NCBI GenBank assembly: GCA_965369995.1
Contig: CBDURO010000006.1
Coordinates: 3,728 to 67,727 of the forward strand
Origin: an uncultured bacterium
GTDB lineage: Bacteria; Fidelibacterota; Marinisomatia; Marinisomatales; JAHJCW01
DNA: 64,000 nucleotides
Direction: 5' to 3'
Under the pieces are notes generated by a model. The model ran no database searches. It saw nothing but the letters and a program-made list of their open reading frames with translations, and had not been told where the DNA came from. Of the stretch, positions 8,648 to 16,997 are shown one piece after another (positions within the stretch are counted from its first letter, which is position 1; each line of letters opens with the position of its first letter). Made by a program: the position numbers and the translations under genes.

Positions 8648-9160
8648 ATGACAAATAAAAAAAATATGAAAAAACTTACACTAATCCGTCATAGTAAATC
8701 CTCTTGGGATGATCCATCTTTAGCAGACTGGGAACGTCCGTTAAAAAACCGTGGTAAAAAAGATGCTTTGTTGATCGGTTATAAGTTAAAAGAAGAAGAG
8801 ATTATCCCGGATAAAATCATATCAAGCTCGGCAAAGCGAGCCTATGATTCAGCCAAACGTATTGCTGAATGCATCAAATATCCTGAAAATAAAATTGCAA
8901 TCACTGATGACATTTACTTAGCAGGAATACCTCAATTAGTTCAATTAATCCAGAATTTGAAAGATAAATGGAAACATGTATTCCTATTTGGACATAATCC
9001 ATATTTTACTGAATTACCCAATTTATACGGTAAAAATAAGATTTTAAATTTGCCTACAACCGGAGTATATCAAATATCTTTCAAGTGCAATAAATGGGCT
9101 GATATATCTCTGGATAATGGAAAAAATACTTATTTTCTTACGCCAAAGATGTTGAAGTAG
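8648..9160 (+). CDS. Histidine phosphatase family protein (SixA-like)
   Basis: LTLIRHSKSSW carries the RHxxS catalytic motif near the N-terminus, and FLFGHNPYF supplies the second His. About 165-170 aa, typical of SixA. The true start may be M7 at 8666. Confidence 0.75.
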   Translation: MTNKKNMKKLTLIRHSKSSWDDPSLADWERPLKNRGKKDALLIGYKLKEEEIIPDKIISSSAKRAYDSAKRIAECIKYPENKIAITDDIYLAGIPQLVQLIQNLKDKWKHVFLFGHNPYFTELPNLYGKNKILNLPTTGVYQISFKCNKWADISLDNGKNTYFLTPKMLK

Positions 9161-9171
9161 AATTACGTATT

Positions 9172-9612
9172 TTATTCTACTTTTGTTTCAAATACTTTCT
9201 GCATCTGAAACAAATTACCACAATTAGGGCACTTATCAATATTACTTGGTCTAGTGTTTCTCGTTAGATGGATTAAGACATGGTTTACTTCCCAACATTT
9301 AGAACAGAATGGATTTCCAGTTGGACTACCTTTTTCATCTTTTTCATAGTACGCATCGCGATATCTTACAATATCTGCCTTAATTTTTAACGTATCATTT
9401 AAATTTTTGATTTGTTGTTCTTTATCTGAAATTGTCTCACGTAGTTCACTGATATATATTCTTAGTTCTGATAGAGATTCTGTTAATTCAGCAAACTTTA
9501 AATTGTATTCGGCTGATTCAAGTTTTTGCCCTGCATCTCGGATAACTTTTAATATCTCAGATGCCGATTTTATTGCAGTAAAAGCTGCTGAAATTGATGA
9601 AATATCAGACAA
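9172..9612 (-). CDS. Hypothetical protein: N-terminal coiled-coil plus C-terminal 4-Cys zinc ribbon
   Basis: 146 aa. Heptad-like region LESAEYNLKFAELTESLSELRIYISELRETISDKEQQIKNLNDTLK, then CSKC...21 residues...CPNC. No family recognised. Confidence 0.6.
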   Translation of the reverse strand: MSDISSISAAFTAIKSASEILKVIRDAGQKLESAEYNLKFAELTESLSELRIYISELRETISDKEQQIKNLNDTLKIKADIVRYRDAYYEKDEKGSPTGNPFCSKCWEVNHVLIHLTRNTRPSNIDKCPNCGNLFQMQKVFETKVE

Positions 9613-9750
9613 TATTTGCCTCCAATTTTTATTTTAATAATAATAACATATTTAGAATGTATCAGTTAAGATAGTAGTAAAATTAACACAAAACCACCTA
9701 ATTTCTAACATCCAATATCTAATATCAAATATCAAAATCAAGAGCAAAAT

Positions 9751-12700
9751 ATGATCAAAAAAACACTACTATTATTATTTCCCCTATTTTTATATGCACA
9801 AATACACCACGAAATAAATGCTACAATAAATCCAAGTGATTCATTTATTGATGTTACAGATATTATAACTATACCTGAATCACAATTAAAGGATGGATTA
9901 GAATTCAAACTGCATTACGCCTTGGAAGTTGAAGATAATGAAATAATCACCAAACTTGCTGGAACAGTTGATGCGGAAGATATCGGTATGGATAAAGATG
10001 ATGTTGGATCTGAGAATGCTCTAAAACTCAATGTTTATCAAATCAATATTCCAAGTGGTCATTCCGGTGAATTGAAATTAGCATTAAAGTACAACGGAAA
10101 GATCGATTCACCCGTTGAGCAGAGTGATGAAAACTATGCCAGAGGTTTTAGTGAATCACCAGGTATAATTTGGGAGAAGGGTGTTTATCTTGCCGGTTCA
10201 ACATACTGGGTGCCTCATTTCAATGATGAATTGGTTTATTTCAATTTAACCACTACCGCACCAATCGACTGGAAAACAGTTACAGTCGGAAAGAGAACTT
10301 TAGATGAAAACGGTGTAAGTACTCACATCGACAAATGGGAATCCCCAACTCCGCAAGAGGAAGTGTTTCTCATTGCTGCGCCGTTTAGCGAATACTCATA
10401 CCCAATGGGCGCTGTAACAGCTTACGCTTTCCTCCGTACGCCGGATGAGGGTTTAGCAAATAAGTATTTAGAAACTACGGCACAGTACATGGAAATGTAT
10501 CGTAAGTTGGTTGGACCTTTCCCTTATACAAAATTTGCACTTGTAGAAAACTTTTGGGAAACCGGTTATGGGATGCCCTCTTTCACTCTTTTGGGTGAGA
10601 AAATAATTCGGTTCCCGTTTATTTTGCATTCATCATACCCGCATGAATTGCTGCATAATTGGTGGGGAAATTCGGTCTATGTTGATTTTGAAACCGGCAA
10701 TTGGTGCGAGGGTATTACCGTATATATGGCGGATCATCTCATTAAAGAACAGCGCGGCCAAGCCGATGAATACCGCCGAGCAACTTTGCAGAAATATACA
10801 AACTATGTAACGCCGCAGAGCGATTTCCCAATTAACAAGTTTCTTTCCCGGCACGATGCCCCGAGCGAATCTGTTGGATATGGAAAAAGCTCTATGTTTT
10901 TCCATATGCTTAGACAAAAAGTCGGTGATGAATTATTTGTGAAAGGCTTTCAGAAATTTAACAGAGATAACAAATTTAAACGTGCATCCTTTGATGATAT
11001 AAGAATTGCATTTGAAGAAGTTACCGAACAAGGTTTTAAATGGTTCTTCGAACAATGGATTGATAGAACCGGAGCTCCGGAAATTGTTTTAGAAAATGTA
11101 AAAGTAAAATCAATCCGTGATTTTAGCAATGTATCATTCACGCTAAAGCAAATTCAAGATGATGATGTGTTTTATCTTGATGTTCCAGTAACAATCGTTA
11201 CAGAAAATGGCACACACTCTGAAATAGTTGAAATGAATGAGAAAGAAGTTAGGTATAGTATTTCCGTTAAAGATAAACCACTAAAACTGTTGATTGATCC
11301 TCAGTTTGATCTATTCAGGAAATTGGATCCGAGAGAGACTCCGCCAACTTTTACCAAGGCATATGGGGCTGATCAAACTTTGATCATTTTACCAAATGAG
11401 GATAGTAAGGATTACCATATTTACAAAGATTTTTCTGATTTATGGATAGATGGGAATGAAGACAAATTTACGATTGAATCACAGGATGATGTTGATAAAC
11501 TCCCAACTGGCAAAGCTGTTATGCTTCTTGGTCTAGATAACAAATTTGCATCAGTTGTTAATAATGCTATTAAGGAATATGATTCTGAATTACTTATGAA
11601 TAGCGTTAGATATGGTAAGAGAGAGATTACTTCCGATGATAATAGTTTCTTTATTTCAATAGTTAATCCTAATGATTTGAAAGCAGTTATCACATTACTT
11701 TCAATCGGGAATAAGGATGCTGTTGATGGATTGAACAGGAAACTTCCACATTATGGCAAATACAGTTACCTTGCATTTTCTGGAAGTGAGCCTACCAATA
11801 TTGATAAAGGGCAGTGGTCAGTAAACAATTCTCCATTGATCTATAACATTGATCCATCTGCAGCTGATATTGAAGTAAAACTGGAAACTCGTAAAGCGCT
11901 TGCGATGTTAGCTCCCGTATTTTCTGCTGACAGAATGATGGAAGTTGTTACCTATCTTGCTTCAAATGACTTAAAAGGTAGGGGAATTGGTACTCCGGAA
12001 ATTGATGAAGCAGCAAATTACATTGCCAATAAATTTGAAGAATATGGTCTTCAAACCGGAAGTGATGATGGGACATATTTTCAGCAATGGACTCAGGATG
12101 TACTTGATAGGAAGAATGTAAAATTAAAAAATGTTGTTGGAATTATTCCCGGAACGAATCCTTATCTTGCTGAAGCGGTTGTTGTATCAGCTCACTACGA
12201 TCATCTCGGATTTGGATGGCCCGATGTGAGAAAAGGGAATGAAGGAAAAATTCATAATGGTGCTGATGATAACGCAAGCGGTATCGCAGTAATGTTAGAG
12301 CTTGCAAAAACACTTGGAAAAACTCATAAACCGGCGAGGACGATTATTTTCATCGCATTTACTGCGGAAGAATGTGGTTTGGTCGGCTCACGTTATTTTG
12401 TTAATAATTACAATAAATTCCCAATAAATGAAATCTTGGCAAACTTAAATATTGACACAGTTGGAAGATTATTCGGCAAAAAATTAATGGTCTTAAACAG
12501 TAATTCTGCTCGTGAATGGAAATTTATATTTATGGGTACAGATTTTACTACCGGAGTTGTATCAGAACTAATTACACAAGATTTGGATGCGAGTGACCAA
12601 ATGGCATTTATTGAAAAAGGTGTTCCCGGCGTTCAATTGTTCTACACTGGTGTTGGTTCAGATTATCATAGGCCTGAAGATGATGCCGATAAAATCGATG

Positions 12701-13104
12701 CTGATGGATTGGTTAAAGTAGCAACCGTTTCACGCGAAGTATTAGAATATCTTGCTGAAAGAGAAGATCTAATGACTTTTACCGGCAAAGCAATAAGTGG
12801 TAAACCAACAAAACCTCAAATGAATAAAAAGAGTGGTGAAAGAAAAGCAGCTACCGGTCTAATGCCTGATTTTGTCTATTCCGGCGAAGGCGTAAAGATT
12901 GCCGGTGTTTCCGAGGATTCTTCGGCAGATAAAGCCGGTTTGCTAAAAGGAGACGTGATAACAGCATTTAATAGTAAACCGGTAAAAAACTTAAAGGATT
13001 ATTCCAACTATCTAAAAGAACATCAACCAGGTGATACGATTGCATTTACTATTAACAGAGACGGTGAAAAGAAAGAGGTAAAAATTACTTTATCTGAAAG
13101 ATAA
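9751..13104 (+). CDS. Secreted tri-domain peptidase: M1 aminopeptidase-like + M28 aminopeptidase-like + C-terminal PDZ
   Basis: 1117 aa with a signal peptide. HELLHNWWG-X18-E (WCEG) is the exact HExxH-X18-E signature of M1. M28 motifs are SAHYDHLG, GADDNASG, FTAEECGLVGS and DYHRPEDD. The PDZ-like end reads GVKIAGVSEDSSADKAGLLKGDVITAFN. Confidence 0.85.
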   Translation: MIKKTLLLLFPLFLYAQIHHEINATINPSDSFIDVTDIITIPESQLKDGLEFKLHYALEVEDNEIITKLAGTVDAEDIGMDKDDVGSENALKLNVYQINIPSGHSGELKLALKYNGKIDSPVEQSDENYARGFSESPGIIWEKGVYLAGSTYWVPHFNDELVYFNLTTTAPIDWKTVTVGKRTLDENGVSTHIDKWESPTPQEEVFLIAAPFSEYSYPMGAVTAYAFLRTPDEGLANKYLETTAQYMEMYRKLVGPFPYTKFALVENFWETGYGMPSFTLLGEKIIRFPFILHSSYPHELLHNWWGNSVYVDFETGNWCEGITVYMADHLIKEQRGQADEYRRATLQKYTNYVTPQSDFPINKFLSRHDAPSESVGYGKSSMFFHMLRQKVGDELFVKGFQKFNRDNKFKRASFDDIRIAFEEVTEQGFKWFFEQWIDRTGAPEIVLENVKVKSIRDFSNVSFTLKQIQDDDVFYLDVPVTIVTENGTHSEIVEMNEKEVRYSISVKDKPLKLLIDPQFDLFRKLDPRETPPTFTKAYGADQTLIILPNEDSKDYHIYKDFSDLWIDGNEDKFTIESQDDVDKLPTGKAVMLLGLDNKFASVVNNAIKEYDSELLMNSVRYGKREITSDDNSFFISIVNPNDLKAVITLLSIGNKDAVDGLNRKLPHYGKYSYLAFSGSEPTNIDKGQWSVNNSPLIYNIDPSAADIEVKLETRKALAMLAPVFSADRMMEVVTYLASNDLKGRGIGTPEIDEAANYIANKFEEYGLQTGSDDGTYFQQWTQDVLDRKNVKLKNVVGIIPGTNPYLAEAVVVSAHYDHLGFGWPDVRKGNEGKIHNGADDNASGIAVMLELAKTLGKTHKPARTIIFIAFTAEECGLVGSRYFVNNYNKFPINEILANLNIDTVGRLFGKKLMVLNSNSAREWKFIFMGTDFTTGVVSELITQDLDASDQMAFIEKGVPGVQLFYTGVGSDYHRPEDDADKIDADGLVKVATVSREVLEYLAEREDLMTFTGKAISGKPTKPQMNKKSGERKAATGLMPDFVYSGEGVKIAGVSEDSSADKAGLLKGDVITAFNSKPVKNLKDYSNYLKEHQPGDTIAFTINRDGEKKEVKITLSER

Positions 13105-13120
13105 AATGCTGGAGTAACTT

Positions 13121-13381
13121 TTAATACGCTTCTTTACGATGGGCAATACGAATTATTAGAATCAGTAATTCATCATTATTTATTTTAAATATTATACGGT
13201 AATTACCAACTCTAAGTCGCGCAAACTTACTATATCTACCTTTTAGTTTTTTAATATTGGGTTTTAATGTAGAGGGGTCTTGAGCTAAAAGCTCAATTCT
13301 TTGTTTAATTCTCTGTTGCCAAATGGAATCAATTCTACTTAATTCTTTTACTGCTTTTTTTACAAATACAACTCGGTACAT
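13121..13381 (-). CDS. Type II toxin, RelE/ParE family
   Basis: 86 aa. Family-typical KLKGRYSKFARLRVGNYRIIFKINNDELLILIIRIAHRKEAY. Starts 2 nt downstream of an RHH antitoxin gene. Confidence 0.85.
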   Translation of the reverse strand: MYRVVFVKKAVKELSRIDSIWQQRIKQRIELLAQDPSTLKPNIKKLKGRYSKFARLRVGNYRIIFKINNDELLILIIRIAHRKEAY

Positions 13382-13383
13382 AG

Positions 13384-13614
13384 TTATAAACCAAGTTCAG
13401 CCCAAACTTCTTCAGCCGGAATAGTTGTAGTTTTTCCATTTTGCAATTCTGTTAACCGTTTTTCAGCAATAAAACCGTCTAATTCATCAAAATAGAGTTC
13501 TAATGCTTTTGTAATTATTCTACTTTTTTTATCTGGTAATTCTCTAGCCATTTGATTTAACTCATTTGCCAAAGATTCTGGTAAAGTTATGTTTAATCTT
13601 GTATGTTTTTCCAT
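13384..13614 (-). CDS. Type II antitoxin, ribbon-helix-helix (CopG/RelB-like)
   Basis: RHH N-terminus TRLNITLPESLANELNQMARE. I place the start at MEKHTRL (cat at 13612-13614). The longer track start gives an implausible MHYYVYYYMYY leader. Confidence 0.8.
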   Translation of the reverse strand: MEKHTRLNITLPESLANELNQMARELPDKKSRIITKALELYFDELDGFIAEKRLTELQNGKTTTIPAEEVWAELGL

Positions 13615-13631
13615 TTTATGCCTTAAATAGT

Positions 13632-13657
13632 ACATATAATAATACACATAATAATGC
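13632..13657 (-). promoter_or_regulatory. Candidate operator (direct repeats) upstream of the RHH antitoxin
   Basis: Plus strand acatataataata / acataataatgca. The minus strand gives two adjacent ATTATTAT(A)TGT units 18-45 nt upstream of the antitoxin start. RHH antitoxins commonly bind such repeats. Confidence 0.3.
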
Positions 13658-13705
13658 ATATAGTTCCAATAATAATTATGAACGTGTCTATTTGGTATTT
13701 TCCGT

Positions 13706-15595
13706 CTATTCAGCTAAAGTAAAGCTATCAATTAATTCCATCGTATCGGGATTGATTACTTCGCACCAAACCTTTTTTCCCTTAACGTGGATAAACAGAA
13801 CGGCATACTGGGTTGAGAATTTATCAACCCAATCTGTCCAGGGAGTTACTTCCTGTCCGTAATAGGGAGCACCGGCAGCACCATTAGTAATGAATGTAAG
13901 CGGACGAAATTTAGTCAATTTTGGTTTGTCGTAATTCTCCGGATAAATCGGCGTATCAGCCGTTAAAAGCATACGATGGTAATTATGCTCATCACTGGTA
14001 AGTACTGCTAATACCTTTGTGCTATGATTCATAACTATATCGAGATATTCATCGCGATTTTCGATAATACCTTTTGCCAATGGTTTGCCTGCAACGTAAG
14101 GTCGTTTGGCGTTATCACCTGACCACCACATGGCATTTACTAAATGTCCGCCATTTGGGAATACCGGTGTATGCTGAGTTACAAATACATAGTCGATATT
14201 TTTATCTTTCTCTAGTTTATGAAGCGTGCTCTTGAGCCATTTTAATTGATTATCCATAATGTAACCATGTAAGCTGCCGCTATGCTCCGGTGTACGCCAG
14301 ATAGTGGGTGAGTACCAGTAATCAGCATTTAGCACAACAATAGCAATATTATCATAGGTATAGTAAAAAATAGTTTCTGCATACGGTGGAAAATCAGTGC
14401 TATTCGGATCCGGGTCATAAACCGCTCCATCTTCACTGAATGGTCCCTGCACGGGATTTACAAAATTTTTGGCATACAAGACTTCTCCTGAGTGTTCAGC
14501 AAAAGGGAAGCGGTCAATTATAGCTCTTTTTTCACCATTTGAGAACCAATACCAGTAAGCTTCATGATTGCCGAATCCGGTTACAAAGGGTATATAATGA
14601 GCGAAAGGTTCAATGGCTCTTTTCCAATTAGCGTATTCCAGGTTGATGGATTCTGCACTAGTCTTATTTCCATCGATCATATCACCGGAAAATTGAAAAA
14701 AGCGTGCATTTTTATAACCAGATAAAACAGCGATCCGTTTCATGACATAGGCATTGACTCCCTTAATATCCCGTTCGCCACCGCCCCAATTACCGCGTCC
14801 GTCACTAGTGTAACCGAAAGTAAACGGTTTTCGCGAGCCAGGTTTAGGTGCAGTATGGAAAGAATAAGTATCCTGATATTTTCCATAGTGAATCGTATAT
14901 TTATAATCTTTATCAGAATTTAATTTGGAGATTGGTATTTCATGATGTGTATCGGGAACTGATTCCCGGAAAGTACATCCGCCGACTGTGATCTTAGTTT
15001 TAATTGGTACACTTGTCTCAAATGAAATGGTTGCACCACGATGAGTCAATAAGTTAACAAATGGACCCTCAATGATCGATGGCACAACCTGAAAAGGTTC
15101 CTCTGATGATACTAAAATTTTTCCATCGTATAGTATTTCACCGGCTTCGTTAGTAATGCGATAACCTAATCTGATCAATTTTGATTGTTCCCAACCGGTA
15201 ATATCGTATTTTCCGGATAAATATTTCATAATATTGATTTCTGCTTTCCCTGAATCAATTTCTGACCGACGGTGAAAATACATTGGATAAGGATGTTTAA
15301 TATCATCGGTCTGAATCAGACCGTAGTATAACCAACCGGACATATCGGAATTCCGGAAGTCAAACTTTATTCCTGTTCTCGTACCAACAGGAAGACTCCG
15401 TAAGCTGGATAAACTATAATTATCTGTATGAGGTACCGATGGCAGAATATCCCCATCATTTGTTGTAAATATAAGTGTACCGGTAGAGTCATAGGACAGG
15501 TTTGCATAAGATTTGGGAATTGCAAACTTTTCCTGAGCATAAATATTAGCAATGCTAATAACAGCTAATAATATTGTGATAATTTTCGTAGTCAT
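13706..15595 (-). CDS. Secreted calcineurin-like metallophosphoesterase
   Basis: 629 aa with a signal peptide. Metallophosphoesterase blocks: TSDGRG, SGDMIDG, GFGNHE, VTQHTPVF, TSDEHNYHR. Confidence 0.8.
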   Translation of the reverse strand: MTTKIITILLAVISIANIYAQEKFAIPKSYANLSYDSTGTLIFTTNDGDILPSVPHTDNYSLSSLRSLPVGTRTGIKFDFRNSDMSGWLYYGLIQTDDIKHPYPMYFHRRSEIDSGKAEINIMKYLSGKYDITGWEQSKLIRLGYRITNEAGEILYDGKILVSSEEPFQVVPSIIEGPFVNLLTHRGATISFETSVPIKTKITVGGCTFRESVPDTHHEIPISKLNSDKDYKYTIHYGKYQDTYSFHTAPKPGSRKPFTFGYTSDGRGNWGGGERDIKGVNAYVMKRIAVLSGYKNARFFQFSGDMIDGNKTSAESINLEYANWKRAIEPFAHYIPFVTGFGNHEAYWYWFSNGEKRAIIDRFPFAEHSGEVLYAKNFVNPVQGPFSEDGAVYDPDPNSTDFPPYAETIFYYTYDNIAIVVLNADYWYSPTIWRTPEHSGSLHGYIMDNQLKWLKSTLHKLEKDKNIDYVFVTQHTPVFPNGGHLVNAMWWSGDNAKRPYVAGKPLAKGIIENRDEYLDIVMNHSTKVLAVLTSDEHNYHRMLLTADTPIYPENYDKPKLTKFRPLTFITNGAAGAPYYGQEVTPWTDWVDKFSTQYAVLFIHVKGKKVWCEVINPDTMELIDSFTLAE

Positions 15596-15636
15596 ATTGT
15601 TTTAATCCAGATAAATGAGCGGAAATTTAACAATAA

Positions 15637-15681
15637 AATATTGAAAACGCTTATTTTCTTACGCCTAAGCAGTTGAAGTAA
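15637..15681 (+). pseudogene. Remnant of the 3' end of a SixA-like gene (14 codons plus stop, preceded by an in-frame TAA)
   Basis: Translates NIENAYFLTPKQLK*, compared with NGKNTYFLTPKMLK* at the C-terminus of the gene at 8648-9160. The last 30 nt match 9131-9160 at 26/30 positions. Confidence 0.5.
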
Positions 15682-16461
15682 CTATATATTTATTTTACCT
15701 TCCATATATTTTATAGCTTTACCGGATATTAAAACTCGATCTTTATACAATTCACAAGTTAATTCACCACCTCTTGCGGATAATTGTTTTGCGCTGAATA
15801 GGTTTTTACCGAGTTTACTAGCCCAATACGGTGCTAGTTGGGTATATGCTGAGCCTGTTACCGGATCTTCTTGAATACCTAAACCTGGGAAAAAACATCT
15901 TGCTACAAAATCATATGTTTTTGATTGTGCCGTAATAATTACACCTCTCAATCCAAGTTTTTTCAATTCTTCAAAATCAGGTTCGACAATTTGAACGTCA
16001 CTTTCATCGTTGAGAACAATAATAAGATCTTCCGATTTCAGGCATTCAATTGGAGTGATATTAAGTGCATTGATAATTTCCTGTGGAGTATCACATGGGG
16101 TGGGAGCTTGAGCAGGGAAATCTAAAATAAGATTATCGTCATCTTTGATGACTTTTAATAATCCGGATTTAGAATCAAATTCTATTATATTTTGACCATA
16201 ATCAAGTATATTGAATATAACAAATGCAGTGGCTAAAGTGGCGTGACCACATAAGTCCACTTCACTTGTAGGAGTAAACCATCTAATATGAAATCCCGTA
16301 CCCTTTGGAACAAAAAATGCTGTCTCTGATAAATTATTCTCCAGAGCAATTGATTGCATTATGTCATCAGGTAACCAAGTTTCCAATGGGCAAACAGCTG
16401 CCGGATTACCTTCAAATAACTCAGATGCAAATGCATCTATATGGTATAGAGCTAGTTCCAT
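15682..16461 (-). CDS. PhzF-family isomerase
   Basis: 259 aa. The PhzF-like N-terminus HIDAFASELFEGNPAAV plus ETAFF and CGHATLA are typical of the family. Confidence 0.85.
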   Translation of the reverse strand: MELALYHIDAFASELFEGNPAAVCPLETWLPDDIMQSIALENNLSETAFFVPKGTGFHIRWFTPTSEVDLCGHATLATAFVIFNILDYGQNIIEFDSKSGLLKVIKDDDNLILDFPAQAPTPCDTPQEIINALNITPIECLKSEDLIIVLNDESDVQIVEPDFEELKKLGLRGVIITAQSKTYDFVARCFFPGLGIQEDPVTGSAYTQLAPYWASKLGKNLFSAKQLSARGGELTCELYKDRVLISGKAIKYMEGKINI

Positions 16462-16593
16462 TTGTTCCTCAAAACTTATAAGTTTCTAAAACTTCCGGTA
16501 TTTTGAAATCTTTTGGTATGAAGGGCATTGTTATTTGTTCAAGAATTCTTCAATTGTATAAGTTTCGATACCAGCTTTTTTTGAAACCTTATA

Positions 16594-16962
16594 TTATTTT
16601 TTATCCTCTGTGATTAGTATTGCGTTTTCTTGACTTGCCAAACATACATAAATATAATCTGCAGGTTTCAAATATCCGATACCGGAACCTAAATATTTTG
16701 TTACAAACTTTTCATCAATAGGAAAATATTTACATTTTAACGGGTTATTTTTAGTGAAACATTTACGTAAATCAATGTTACCATGAATTAATTTTTTATT
16801 TGTTAGGGCTGATTTTATTTCAAATAATGCAAAATATGGCAGATAGATTTCCGCATTTGAGTTTTGAATACTTTTATAAACTTCGAAAGCGTTTTCAGAT
16901 TTATCTTCATAATCAAGTAAAATGTCTGTTAGTACTGAATTATCTAAAACAATCGGTTTCAT
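16594..16962 (-). CDS. PIN-domain protein (VapC-like), ended by an in-frame TAA inside the conserved C-terminal region; no cognate antitoxin gene
   Basis: 122 aa. N-terminal acidic residue in IVLDNSVL and C-terminal LITEDKK (TxD motif). The reading frame continues after TAA (16594-16596) as YKVSKKAGIETYTIEEFLNK* down to 16531. Confidence 0.65.
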   Translation of the reverse strand: MKPIVLDNSVLTDILLDYEDKSENAFEVYKSIQNSNAEIYLPYFALFEIKSALTNKKLIHGNIDLRKCFTKNNPLKCKYFPIDEKFVTKYLGSGIGYLKPADYIYVCLASQENAILITEDKK

Positions 16963-16997
16963 GTCTTATTATTATAAAAGGTTTTTAGTTATCTTTT

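Noticed and set aside
13615-13659. Tyr-rich N-terminal extension (MHYYVYYYMYYLRHK) of the antitoxin ORF
   Set aside because: It is the translation of the AT-rich operator-like repeat. The RHH fold starts right after the internal Met.
16519-16614. 31-aa plus-strand ORF (MKGIVICSRILQLYKFRYQLFLKPYIIFYPL) between phzF and the PIN gene, considered as a possible antitoxin
   Set aside because: It is on the wrong strand, has no RBS, and its sequence is the antisense of the PIN C-terminal extension.
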